Virus record (IMG/VR): IMGVR_UViG_2526164631_000025
Span: 1-32,915 of that record
Length of the DNA stretch: 32,915 nt
Origin: a virus
Lineage: Duplodnaviria > Heunggongvirae > Uroviricota > Caudoviricetes
Reading direction: 5' to 3' (one strand)
The position numbers and the translations under genes are program-made. Shown here piece by piece: positions 1 to 11,111 of this stretch (position 1 is the stretch's first letter; every line of letters starts with the position of its first letter). The notes beneath the pieces are model-generated. The model was not told where the DNA came from. It worked only from the letters and a program-made list of their open reading frames with translations, and ran no database searches.

Positions 1-8
1 AATCCAGG

Positions 9-2164
<2,156 letters not shown>

Positions 2165-2170
2165 TTTAAC

Positions 2171-2947
2171 GTGGAAAATACTAAAGCAATTCAATACCGC
2201 TTGCGTAATGGCCTGCTGGTGGCTGTTAACGCCGACATGTCACTGCCGTTTGACACGATTGAACGCACTATCATGACGTATCTCGGCTTTAATGAAGGGC
2301 TGAATGAAGAGCATGGCGTAGCTATATGGAGTGATGCAGAAAGCGGCGTTCATCGTTACATAACCGCCAGGGGCAAAGACTACTCTCTGGAAGAACTGTT
2401 TACCCTTGCACAGTCTTTCGAATGTGTAGCATTAGACATGTTTAATGATCCTGCTATAGCGCAACGACTTATACGCGAGCTTGGGCTATCCGTTACACCA
2501 ATTATCTTTAAGAATGGCAGCCTGACTGGCACATGGCGCGTAGAACGCATCTCAAACTACCTTCCATATAACCGACAGTTAAATGGAGTAATCTCCGGCG
2601 TTAATCAGCCCGTAGCGTGTGAAAATGTAAACCTGGTTGTCGCTGTTTTGGCAACCGCATGTCGTGTTATCGGTTTGGCTAAACAGGCATTTATTCATTT
2701 CCCAAATGGTGCAGAAGGTAGCGCAGAGATTATCGCGTGTGATTTCGAATTTACCTGGATGCTACGCGAATATCTGGACCAAACAGTATTCCGTGCCGAA
2801 GAACTGGATATGTATATAACGTCAACGATTCCAGACGATGTACGAGCAGAAGCAATCGCTACAGCCAGGGCGAAATGCCGTGCGGCGATTGCAGAACGGG
2901 CCAAAGAAGAACAGGCCAATGATACAGCGGCAGAAGAGGTGAAATAA
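2171..2947 (+). CDS. hypothetical protein (258 aa)
   Basis: GTG start with GGAG about 10 nt upstream; followed by a strong terminator; no recognisable motif. Confidence 0.6.
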   Translation: MENTKAIQYRLRNGLLVAVNADMSLPFDTIERTIMTYLGFNEGLNEEHGVAIWSDAESGVHRYITARGKDYSLEELFTLAQSFECVALDMFNDPAIAQRLIRELGLSVTPIIFKNGSLTGTWRVERISNYLPYNRQLNGVISGVNQPVACENVNLVVAVLATACRVIGLAKQAFIHFPNGAEGSAEIIACDFEFTWMLREYLDQTVFRAEELDMYITSTIPDDVRAEAIATARAKCRAAIAERAKEEQANDTAAEEVK

Positions 2948-2952
2948 CAAAA

Positions 2953-2980
2953 AGCCCGCTTGGTATGGCGGGCTTCTTTT
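2953..2980. terminator. bidirectional rho-independent terminator
   Basis: AGCCCGC-loop-GCGGGCT hairpin flanked by an A-run and TCTTTT between convergent genes. Confidence 0.6.
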
Positions 2981-3177
2981 CAAATACTGGAAGCACTTTG
3001 TCTGCTACCAAGCATTCTCTGTTTAAGCACAACCATTTCCTGACGGCATAACACAGCAATAGCGGTCCTGGCACCAATTTGCTTACCAACCAGGTATTGC
3101 TTTACCTCGCGGCGACTCACGCCATCAAGAAGCATCTTTAACGCTTCACGGGACAACTTGTTGTATTTACGTGCCAT
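2980..3177 (-). CDS. small basic protein (65 aa), translationally coupled downstream of doc
   Basis: ATG 4 nt after the doc stop with GGAG inside the doc 3' end; sequence MARKYNKLSREALKMLLDGVSRREVKQYLVGKQIGARTAIAVL suggests a possible HTH. Confidence 0.45.
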   Translation of the reverse strand: MARKYNKLSREALKMLLDGVSRREVKQYLVGKQIGARTAIAVLCRQEMVVLKQRMLGSRQSASSI

Positions 3178-3181
3178 TAAT

Positions 3182-3562
3182 CTACTCCGCAGAACCATAC
3201 AATCTACGTAACGTGTCGGCGACAGAAGATACAGATATCTCGCCAGTCGCAGCGCCTACAGTAAGGTCTGCCAGTTCAGGTGAATCAAATACCTGCACCC
3301 CGTTACGGCGTAGAAATAGCAGCGCACTGTTTAACGCGGTACGCTTATTGGCATCATTGAATATATGCCCTCTCGCTGTAGCCACCAGGTAGGTGGCGGA
3401 GACTTCGAAAAGGTCGGTGATCTCTTCGTAGGCAACTCTGGCCTGAACTCTCCCGATAATGGCCTCTGCCCTACCCGGATCAGACATTCCCGGCAGGCCG
3501 CCGTAGCGGTTTATATTCGCATCATGAAGCGCAATAAGTTCTTCCGGTGATATATGCCTCAT
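3182..3562 (-). CDS. doc: Doc toxin (Fic-fold kinase family), P1 Doc-like
   Basis: 126 aa, [17 protein letters not shown]...[23 protein letters not shown], near-identical over its length to my recollection of phage P1 Doc; start overlaps the phd stop (TAATG). Confidence 0.9.
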
Positions 3563-3783
3563 TATCGGTTAACCAGTTCCTTGTTGGTGGAGTCCAGGGT
3601 GTCAAACAGGGATGCAAATTCAGCATCCAGCGCCGCTTTTTTGTAGGCTTCGAAAGTAGCCTTGCTGACAATTACTGCTGGCTCACGGCCTCTGCGGGTG
3701 ATTTCAACCTCTTCCCCGGCCTCAACATTGTTGAGCACTTCAGAAAGTTTGCCGCGCGCGGTACGGAAGTTAATGGATTGCAT
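3562..3783 (-). CDS. phd: Phd antitoxin
   Basis: 73 aa from [32 protein letters not shown]..., matching P1 Phd as recalled; the ORF track start is a GTG two codons upstream. Confidence 0.9.
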   Translation of the reverse strand: MQSINFRTARGKLSEVLNNVEAGEEVEITRRGREPAVIVSKATFEAYKKAALDAEFASLFDTLDSTNKELVNR

Positions 3784-3790
3784 AAACACC

Positions 3791-3830
3791 TCGTGTGCTC
3801 GTTATGTGTACGCAATTATAGGTTTTAATG
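3791..3830 (-). promoter_or_regulatory. putative phd-doc promoter/operator
   Basis: Minus-strand TATAAT (plus 3815-3820) followed by GTACAC/GCACAC half-palindromes and a GAGG SD; Phd/Doc autoregulation via operator palindromes is established for P1. Confidence 0.4.
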
Positions 3831-3891
3831 ATGCTGAATACCACTTCTTGGTGCCTTAAATCCTCGAGATGCAGTCTTGCAATTGCTGGGA

Positions 3892-4314
3892 TTAAGCAGA
3901 ATAAGTGGTTGGGATTCTGAGCAGTAATCCAATCTTGGCTATGTGCTCATATGGCAGCTCTCCGGTTTTACCATCATGTATCGAGGCTATCAGATTCAAT
4001 TCTTGCGCCGCTTTACGAATTTCAGTTTCTGATGGAACAAGGCGAAAACCGATGTGTAACATTTTGATATAGAAAGGTAATAGTTCGTACTTCACCCGTA
4101 ACTGTGCTGCCGCATCTTTCAAATCATGGATGATTTCTTGTTTTAAGTCAGAGCGGGGATTCGATAGCTTTGCTTGGTTAGACAATAACAGATGCGATAT
4201 TTCCCCCAACTGTTCCTTGAATGAAATGTAAGACTCAACCCCCTTGATGATGAGTCGACCTAGGACAAAAACGCTTACTCCAGTGACAACAGTGACAAAA
4301 GCAGACGAACTCAT
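3892..4314 (-). CDS. hypothetical membrane-anchored protein (140 aa), AT-rich gene between humD and phd
   Basis: N-terminal hydrophobic helix SSSAFVTVVTGVSVFVLGRLII; lower GC than flanks (rough estimate about 42%); minus-strand TATAAT about 20 nt upstream of the ATG. Confidence 0.55.
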   Translation of the reverse strand: MSSSAFVTVVTGVSVFVLGRLIIKGVESYISFKEQLGEISHLLLSNQAKLSNPRSDLKQEIIHDLKDAAAQLRVKYELLPFYIKMLHIGFRLVPSETEIRKAAQELNLIASIHDGKTGELPYEHIAKIGLLLRIPTTYSA

Positions 4315-4448
4315 TCGCGTACCTAAAAAGAGAATTATAACCTCATCTTATCTTCAAGTGAGTAACCGCGTCTAATGGGAGGAATCATTTAAATGGCCAG
4401 GGCGATATAGATCCAGTCATGCCTCTCTATGGTTTCTCTGAAAACAAA

Positions 4449-4838
4449 TCATATAGCAGGACTATCATCAAATTCACCGCCCCTGGCGTCATTGATAATG
4501 TGGGTGATCACACCAAAAACAGCATTACTGCCCGTGTATCCATCGTCATCTACTGGTAACGCCTCTTTCTTCCCGGTGCTTAAATCCTCCAGGTGCTGGC
4601 GCGGATACTTCCTGTATCTCTTTATGCGATATTCACCCTCCATAGCGCACACAAGCAGAGAACCATCAACCGGAGTAAGCGAGGAATCAACCACCAGCAA
4701 AGCACCCTGCAATATTCCCTCACGGTGATGGCTATCAGCTGCCCGCATGAAGTAGGTTGCTGATGGATGTCTAATTAGTTGCTGATCAAGAGAAATTCGG
4801 CTTTCAACATAATCCGCCGCAGGAGAAGGGAAGCCCAT
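4449..4838 (-). CDS. humD: UmuD'-like SOS mutagenesis protein (P1 HumD-like)
   Basis: 129 aa starting MGFPSPAADYVE, i.e. aligned to the post-cleavage N-terminus of UmuD; LexA box immediately upstream. Confidence 0.85.
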   Translation of the reverse strand: MGFPSPAADYVESRISLDQQLIRHPSATYFMRAADSHHREGILQGALLVVDSSLTPVDGSLLVCAMEGEYRIKRYRKYPRQHLEDLSTGKKEALPVDDDGYTGSNAVFGVITHIINDARGGEFDDSPAI

Positions 4839-4856
4839 AGCGTTTTACCTCAATGA

Positions 4857-4876
4857 TACTGTTTATTCATACAGTA
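4857..4876. promoter_or_regulatory. LexA (SOS) box overlapping the humD -10
   Basis: TACTGTTTATTCATACAGTA has CTGT-N8-ACAG; on the minus strand TTCACA-N18-TATACT promoter hexamers overlap it. Confidence 0.75.
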
Positions 4877-5028
4877 TACATTGAAAAGGCATAGTTTGTG
4901 AAAGCGGGGTTTGTAAGCAACACCGCTGGCGGCAAGGTCTACGTTCACCTTGTCTCGCTCTTCCTGGCTTTTAGCTGCTATATTTCGATCTGACACAAGA
5001 AACCTCCAGGAGTTAGTGGATCAGGCAC

Positions 5029-5379
5029 ATGCACAATAACGTTCTCAATGTTAGCCGTTCAATTCAGACAATCAGAGACTGCACCAGTGTGGTGGCATCA
5101 ATCCCATTGCGAAACAGCATAGACGAACTGCAAATTCGTGTATTGAATCTGAATCAGGCTAATAAGCAATTGCGCTTTATTTTGACGCTGAAAAGTGAAA
5201 CAGAGGGGATAAAGCACAGCGTAAAAGTGTTTTCTGAGGCCATTCTGCTTAATGGGAAGCTCCGGCATCTGGTAAGGCCAGAACGTCAATATCCTGACGT
5301 CCTGGCGCGTGAAAAAGACCTTCTTTCTGAAGTTCAGGATAGGGTGATCGATTTCGTCAAATGCTATCCCCTGCATTGA
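5029..5379 (+). CDS. hypothetical protein (116 aa), divergent from humD
   Basis: Single long ORF but no convincing SD at the proper distance; AT-rich. Confidence 0.35.
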   Translation: MHNNVLNVSRSIQTIRDCTSVVASIPLRNSIDELQIRVLNLNQANKQLRFILTLKSETEGIKHSVKVFSEAILLNGKLRHLVRPERQYPDVLAREKDLLSEVQDRVIDFVKCYPLH

Positions 5380-5648
5380 GGGCAGGTGTTCCCTTCCGCA
5401 AAGTAGGGAAAACTGCTATCAAGTTCATCACACCATCTGCGATGGTCGTAGCACCAAAACGCCTCCCACGGTGCACGGAAATACTTCATCCACCAGGACA
5501 CCCGATCAGGTATATCTGCTGGTGGCAGTTCTTCTGGCAATAATTTGCCTGATAATTCCCTTTCCGCCCGCGACAGCATTTTTTTGAGGCTCGCGTTCTC
5601 TTTTTCAAGCTCATCTACGCGCACCTGTAATTCAGCTTTCGTTGGCAT
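5364..5648 (-). CDS. hypothetical protein (about 94 aa), coiled-coil N-terminus and Cys/Trp-rich C-terminus
   Basis: ATG at 5648 preceded by GAGG; the ORF track start at 5729 is a TTG; ends ...GNTCPQCRG. Confidence 0.4.
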   Translation of the reverse strand: MPTKAELQVRVDELEKENASLKKMLSRAERELSGKLLPEELPPADIPDRVSWWMKYFRAPWEAFWCYDHRRWCDELDSSFPYFAEGNTCPQCRG

Positions 5649-5796
5649 GGTCCGCCTCATGCTTTTCAGCCACCAGCGGCAATAAAGCCTTGGCCATCCT
5701 ATGAACCAATAGTGCATCAATAATGCCAAGCGTATGCCCCGGCTTAATGTTTAATGCCGCCTCAAGGTGACACCTTTCCAAGCCACTTTTCTCGGC

Positions 5797-7161
5797 TTAT
5801 TTATGATGATCTGGTGTAATAACGTCGCCCAAAACACGGCTAATTCTTTCTCGTAATTGCTGGGTGCCAGCACTCTTGATCGCTGTATCGTGGAGACGGT
5901 TAACCAGTTCGCGATAAACATGCGGCTTAATTCGGATACGTTCACCGGTGACGCCCTTTCCTGGCGCTGGCACCGAACTATCCGGAATATCCGGATAGTT
6001 GCCAGCCAGTCTACGCAAAACGGCCTTAACAGCCTCAATACGGTCATCATCGCAATTTTCCAGCGTATCTATGCGATCGAGCATGATGATGGCGTTATCA
6101 ATATCAGGATTGCCGGTCCACTCATTACCGCGATTGGATTCGGCAGCCTGGTTGCCGCGTACTGGTTGATTATCGGCTTTACCCAGTCTGTCGTTGCTGC
6201 ATGAATGCCCTTCCAGCAAGGCCAATGCTTGTCGCATGAAATACGCAATATGTTTGCCGTGGTAATCGTCTTCATCGATGTGAAAAGCGATACTGCGGAT
6301 GTATTCAATTGCGTTTTCAATGGCCTCCGGCGTTATCGGCGCTGACATATTTTGATTTTGGAGTGCCAAGACGCGGCTGGCATCCTCAACACCTTTAACG
6401 GCATCTGCGCAGTAGTTATAGCGATTGCATTCCACTAACTTCTGCTTGAGATTTTCAATTGCTTGCGCGACATCAGCCTGTATTTCTGGAACTGGCGGAA
6501 CGGCTGTTTGCTCTCGAACGTCATTAGTCGCTATCGGTTCTGCTGCCAACTGACTGGCATATTTGTTAATGGTAACGATAAGCTCTTGCTCAGCCTCATC
6601 CAGACAATCACCGATACCTCGCCTGTCACCGTCAAAATCATCGAAATCGGCACGAATCTTGGCAACCTTCTGGATTGCGGACAACACCTCACTAGGAATT
6701 ACCGGATAGTTGGTTGACGTTTCCGCGATTTCCCGAAAATTATTGGTTGACGAATTCTTGTTTTCCCGAAAGTTTCCGGACTGAAGCATGGCGGCGCGGC
6801 AGGCGTTCCATATTTCGGCAGCAATATCGCGCTCGCTATCGGTTAATTTGTACGTGGAAACATAGCCAGAGAGCATTTCTACGTTTTCCGGAGTTGCTTC
6901 TTCCGGCACTACCGGCGCTGGCGGGGCGATGCGTCCAAGCAACTTATTTACCTCTTTCGCCATCGCGTCATATTTATCTAAATGGCGATTAGCTTCTAAG
7001 CAGACTCGGCGCATCTGATCTGAGTTAACTCGTTTAACTGGATCTGCTTCCAGCGATGCCAGCGCAATCCGTGCCAGTTCCATTTGTTCACCACGGGTAA
7101 GCCCGTTTTCAAGCGGATTTTTAATGAACAATTCAATACGTTCTTTGGTAATAGTGGTCAT
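5797..7161 (-). CDS. hypothetical protein (454 aa)
   Basis: ATG with AAGGA SD; C-terminal 37 aa (KPHVYRELVNRLHDTAIKSAGTQQLRERISRVLGDVI) are homologous to an internal segment of the DUF4406-like protein. Confidence 0.7.
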   Translation of the reverse strand: MTTITKERIELFIKNPLENGLTRGEQMELARIALASLEADPVKRVNSDQMRRVCLEANRHLDKYDAMAKEVNKLLGRIAPPAPVVPEEATPENVEMLSGYVSTYKLTDSERDIAAEIWNACRAAMLQSGNFRENKNSSTNNFREIAETSTNYPVIPSEVLSAIQKVAKIRADFDDFDGDRRGIGDCLDEAEQELIVTINKYASQLAAEPIATNDVREQTAVPPVPEIQADVAQAIENLKQKLVECNRYNYCADAVKGVEDASRVLALQNQNMSAPITPEAIENAIEYIRSIAFHIDEDDYHGKHIAYFMRQALALLEGHSCSNDRLGKADNQPVRGNQAAESNRGNEWTGNPDIDNAIIMLDRIDTLENCDDDRIEAVKAVLRRLAGNYPDIPDSSVPAPGKGVTGERIRIKPHVYRELVNRLHDTAIKSAGTQQLRERISRVLGDVITPDHHK

Positions 7162-7171
7162 TTGTTAGTCC

Positions 7172-7927
7172 TTAAACTGCTAGTTGCAATTGCATTTCAA
7201 AGCGGTCGCGTTGTTCACAATACGCAAGAGAACCAGGGCTATTGTGTGCCTCAATCCGTTCTACCATTAATGCTGCGCGTGTCTCTTTACTTGCAGGTGC
7301 ATAAGCCCCAGACCAGGCTTTATCAATACCGATGTTTCGAGCGACGTTCGTACTATCTGCGCTGGCTAAGGGTAATTTTGTGAATATCAGCGGATTTAAC
7401 ATGCGCAATCCATGTAGTTTCGTAACCGGCTGACCATGCCCATCAACAATGTGACGAATCAGGTCTTTCATTCTGGCTACCGCAAGAGTTGGGCGCTTTA
7501 CGTCATAGTCGCCACAACTACCGATAGCCACTCGCGGAAGCTCATTGCACAAATGAATAAATCGCTCGTCACTTTCATTCATGTGCCACACTGGAACGCC
7601 AGCTAGTTTTCCGTGAGGCCACTCATTCAGAAGCGCATCATTTTCCTCCTCTCCGCCATCAATAACATCCGGGATAATGGCAAAATCGAATCCTGGGTGA
7701 TTCTTCCAGCGAGCAACAAACTCGTAGTAATCGCTCCAGTCGATTTTGTTTTTGCCAGCTGCTTTCCAGGCGGTGAATGCACCGTTGTCCAGCGCGAACG
7801 ACTGACAGTATTCAGCCGCGAGATTGATCTGGCCTGAATGCGCAAAACTGATAAACGCATGTCGCCCTTTCCATGCTCTCATTGCGCACGTATCAGGAGT
7901 AATAGGCCCACCGTGGTAGTGAATCAT
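7172..7927 (-). CDS. hypothetical protein (about 251 aa)
   Basis: ATG at 7927 one nt after the upstream stop, preceded by a perfect AAGGAG; N-terminus MIHYHGGPITPD. Confidence 0.6.
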   Translation of the reverse strand: MIHYHGGPITPDTCAMRAWKGRHAFISFAHSGQINLAAEYCQSFALDNGAFTAWKAAGKNKIDWSDYYEFVARWKNHPGFDFAIIPDVIDGGEEENDALLNEWPHGKLAGVPVWHMNESDERFIHLCNELPRVAIGSCGDYDVKRPTLAVARMKDLIRHIVDGHGQPVTKLHGLRMLNPLIFTKLPLASADSTNVARNIGIDKAWSGAYAPASKETRAALMVERIEAHNSPGSLAYCEQRDRFEMQLQLAV

Positions 7928-7928
7928 C

Positions 7929-8444
7929 TCACTCTCCTTTGATGCGAATGCCAGTAGCGCGGATTGCATCGATGACTTCAGAAACTTTGTATGCCATTAC
8001 CGTTTGGTAATCATCGTGAAAATCTGTTCGATGAAGCATGCTGCTACGTTCCGGGAGCAGTATTTCCCGCTCCTCCAGTTCAGCAATACGCTTGCTCCCA
8101 TCAGAGATAACGCCTTCGTAATATTCACGCTGCTCGTTGAGTTTTGATTTTGCTGCTTCAAGCTCAACACGCAGTTTCCCTACCGTTAGCGCAATATCCT
8201 CGTTCTCCTGGTCGCGGCGTTTGATGTATTGCTGGTTTCTTTCCCGTTCATCCAGCAGCGCCAGCACGGTTTCTGGTCCGGTCAGAAATTTGAAGGCGTT
8301 GAGCGCATCAATATCCACACCGTAATCTTTAAGTTCCTGTTCACTTAACAAATCATCATCAACTGGCAACATTAACAGGCGTTCCATTGCTGGAGTTGCA
8401 CGTTCTGCCGCCTCACGCAGTGCCTGGTAATTAATTTTGCTCAC
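7929..8444 (-). CDS. Ead/Ea22-like coiled-coil protein
   Basis: N-terminus MSKINYQALREAAERATP and a coiled-coil block LTVGKLRVELEAAKSKL shared with paralogs in this window. Confidence 0.6.
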   Translation of the reverse strand: MSKINYQALREAAERATPAMERLLMLPVDDDLLSEQELKDYGVDIDALNAFKFLTGPETVLALLDERERNQQYIKRRDQENEDIALTVGKLRVELEAAKSKLNEQREYYEGVISDGSKRIAELEEREILLPERSSMLHRTDFHDDYQTVMAYKVSEVIDAIRATGIRIKGE

Positions 8445-8781
8445 TGACTGCCTCCTTCTTAATCAGTTTACACAGGTGCTCCACAGCCACAGAGAGTGCA
8501 TCCACCGCTCGTTTATCCAGACGCGGGGCCAGAGCAAGCAGTTCATTTATTGCAATCTGAATACCATGCTCCGCCGCCAGCGCCGCGCGATTGCTCTCCA
8601 GCTCTGCAATTTGGCACATGGCATCAATATTTTTGTCCTCCAGGCGCTTAATTTCGCCTAGGAGTGCCAGTGCCACCGATGGCGTGAACGCCATACGAAA
8701 CGCCACAAAATTTTGATGCATAGGTTCTGTTTCTACTGCAACTGCCGCATCTCGCAGTGCCTGATAGTCAATTTCGCTCAC
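8431..8781 (-). CDS. Ea22-like coiled-coil paralog (about 116 aa)
   Basis: GTG start with GGAGA SD; SEIDYQALRDAAV and IAELESNRAALAAEHG modules. Confidence 0.5.
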   Translation of the reverse strand: MSEIDYQALRDAAVAVETEPMHQNFVAFRMAFTPSVALALLGEIKRLEDKNIDAMCQIAELESNRAALAAEHGIQIAINELLALAPRLDKRAVDALSVAVEHLCKLIKKEAVSEQN

Positions 8782-9529
8782 TGGTTGTCTCCACAAAATT
8801 CAATGCTGCATGCTCCTGTTTAATTCCCATACGCTCTAATGCGATACGAAAAATTTCTGGATCTTTTTCTATTCCTGTAAATCGGCGCCCTGATTGTTGG
8901 CACGCAACGCCAGTAGTTCCGCTACCCATAGTGAAATCCAACACTGTGTCGCCAATATTGCTATATGTCTCAATCAGATATCTCACCAGAGCCAGTGGCT
9001 TTTGTGTTGAATGAAGTGCCTGCTTTTGCTTGTCGCTGGAGAATTTCTGCACGTCTCTCGGATAGCGACTTGTTGAATCGTAAACGACCTTTTTCAGCGC
9101 ATCGCCATATACATCAGTATTCAGCCTACCTCTTGTTGAGGTTTTTCTGGCGTGCCCATACGTCATCTGTGGGTTGTATGTCGGTTGCTTTCTGTAAAAA
9201 ACTTCAATATTTTCATGCGCTCTTAAAGGTTGTTTTTTTGCGTTCAAAAATCCTGTCGCGTGTGGCTTTTCCCAAATCCATTCTGTTTTCCAGTCACGAA
9301 GATTGCTGTTGACCAGCACGCTGGTAAAAGGCTGAGCGGAAAACAGAACAATTGCAGCGTTCGGTTTGGAAATACGGTAAATCTGCTTCCACATCAACTG
9401 CAGGTCGAGAACAGAATCCCAGCGACACCGAGTTGTTCCATATGGAATATCGGCACATACAAGATCTACGGAGTTGCTGGCGATTTGCGGAAAGATGTCA
9501 AAGCAATCTGCGTTGTGAAGGCAAATCAT
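8768..9529 (-). CDS. orphan DNA methyltransferase, beta-class N6-adenine/N4-cytosine type
   Basis: Motif IV-like DIPYG near the N-terminus and motif I DFTMGSGTTGVA near the C-terminus (beta-class order); no adjacent restriction endonuclease. Confidence 0.8.
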   Translation of the reverse strand: MICLHNADCFDIFPQIASNSVDLVCADIPYGTTRCRWDSVLDLQLMWKQIYRISKPNAAIVLFSAQPFTSVLVNSNLRDWKTEWIWEKPHATGFLNAKKQPLRAHENIEVFYRKQPTYNPQMTYGHARKTSTRGRLNTDVYGDALKKVVYDSTSRYPRDVQKFSSDKQKQALHSTQKPLALVRYLIETYSNIGDTVLDFTMGSGTTGVACQQSGRRFTGIEKDPEIFRIALERMGIKQEHAALNFVETTSERN

Positions 9530-9718
9530 TCACCCACCCCACTCATCACAATATACTTCGACAGGCGTTTTCCCTGCTTCATAGCCATCTCGCCATGCTT
9601 CTGCATCATAAAAGCTTCCGCCGCGCCCAGAACTGTAACCATTGCCGTTATGGCAATGGAATGAGACGTTATTACCCACAGTTTCACGCAAGCACATCAT
9701 GTAAAAGCGGTTATTCAC
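9530..9718 (-). CDS. hypothetical small protein (62 aa)
   Basis: Tightly packed in the operon; no motif. Confidence 0.4.
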   Translation of the reverse strand: MNNRFYMMCLRETVGNNVSFHCHNGNGYSSGRGGSFYDAEAWRDGYEAGKTPVEVYCDEWGG

Positions 9719-10004
9719 TAGTTACCTCCGCTTCCCACGTTTTCAGACTTTCACCACAGAACGGGCAAAATGAAACTCGAATAGGCGATTTAGAAAATTC
9801 ACCAGACCGCAGCATGATCAGGTCTTGTGAATGAATTAATTCATGGTTATAGATTTTGTATTTCAGCAGACCTTTTCGCGTCGTGTATTCAGCATCCTGC
9901 TCCAGAGATTGTGCCAGCGCCGCGCACGGTTCTATTTTTCTGTCATTAATCAAACAAGTGGAGATTCTGCACTTTGCAGCTCCGTCACCGTTACCTTGAC
10001 TCAT
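9711..10004 (-). CDS. hypothetical protein (97 aa) with C-terminal CPFCG zinc-ribbon-like motif
   Basis: ORF in operon context; Cys pairs. Confidence 0.45.
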   Translation of the reverse strand: MSQGNGDGAAKCRISTCLINDRKIEPCAALAQSLEQDAEYTTRKGLLKYKIYNHELIHSQDLIMLRSGEFSKSPIRVSFCPFCGESLKTWEAEVTSE

Positions 10005-10017
10005 TGTGTTGTTCCCA

Positions 10018-11013
10018 TCAGTTATTGAACGTGATCACTCCGCGCTCGATGGCGAAGTCGAAAAGCTGGTTAGCGGCTACGTAAAGGCGTATGCCATGTG
10101 CTTTTTCCCATGCCCGGACATCGTTTTCTGCGCTTCTGGCGCAGTCATCGCAAAGAGGAACAGCCCAGCGGTCGTGTTCGTTTAACGAGCGGGCGCGGTA
10201 CATGAATGGGTGATTAACCTTGCCGCCGCAGCCTACACACGGGCGAGACACCACAAACCGGAGATAAGCCGGGCTTTTTCCGAGTAAGGTTTTTGGACGG
10301 CGCATATATAGGAGGCCAGAATCTTCATCGACGGACAGATTGACGATCTGCTCTGCGGAAATATCCACCAGCTCGCGGGTACTATGCTCCCAGGTAATAT
10401 CCGACTCTTTCAGAGTGCCGGTAGGGATTTCAGTTTTTGGCTGACAAAATGCAATGCGACCAGCTTCATCAGGCAGTTCGTCTTTAAGATTCCGGCGAAT
10501 GGCCCAAAAGGTGAGTTCAACCATGCTCAGATCGCGATCTGGCGGAAGTTTTAACTCGCTGGCAGCCCAGTTCATAATCCAGTTGGCGCGATTCAGTGAC
10601 AGTTGGTCTTCCAGCTTGCCGTATCCCTTCATCATGTATTCCGCATCATGCTTCCAGCACAGGCGAACGGCAGAACCGTTATAGAAATGGGTGGTTAGCT
10701 GGTGGCTGCAATCGCGCTTATCATGCGCCTGGCAATCGTGAATGTTGGTGCTAACCCAGTGAACGAGAGAATCCTCACCACCTAACGCGTTAAATACACG
10801 CTCACTTTGAAAAAAGGGTGCCAGTGACTGGTTGGCAACCAGTGAATAATTCAGGTCAACGACACCATCAGGGGTGTTTTCAGCCTGTTCACGCGGCAAT
10901 GGGGATATAAGAAAACGGCGTCCTGCGCCGATGTAATTGCTGGTGGGCTTATCTACAGGAAAGACAGCCACACCAGTTTCATTTACGACATATGGGGTGA
11001 TTATTGCACTCAT
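10018..11013 (-). CDS. hypothetical protein (331 aa) with C-terminal Cys cluster
   Basis: CVGCGG...H...PLCDDCAR motif near the C-terminus; preceded by an intergenic region carrying the GTTAGAAAACTAAAATCAATG motif. Confidence 0.55.
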   Translation of the reverse strand: MSAIITPYVVNETGVAVFPVDKPTSNYIGAGRRFLISPLPREQAENTPDGVVDLNYSLVANQSLAPFFQSERVFNALGGEDSLVHWVSTNIHDCQAHDKRDCSHQLTTHFYNGSAVRLCWKHDAEYMMKGYGKLEDQLSLNRANWIMNWAASELKLPPDRDLSMVELTFWAIRRNLKDELPDEAGRIAFCQPKTEIPTGTLKESDITWEHSTRELVDISAEQIVNLSVDEDSGLLYMRRPKTLLGKSPAYLRFVVSRPCVGCGGKVNHPFMYRARSLNEHDRWAVPLCDDCARSAENDVRAWEKAHGIRLYVAANQLFDFAIERGVITFNN

Positions 11014-11111
11014 AATGCATACCGACTCTGTTTTGTTCCGAGCGGTAAAATAATATGTTAGAAAACTAAAATCAATGTTCTAACGCAATTTTGAGTGCGT
11101 AAATGATTTGA

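Noticed and set aside
5857-6320. Plus-strand ORF 5857-6204 and minus-strand ORF 6069-6320 overlapping the 454-aa gene, and many similar 60-140-aa ORFs in the track overlapping longer genes
   Set aside because: They are nested in alternative frames of longer, operon-coupled ORFs and have no independent SD or coupling; most likely spurious.
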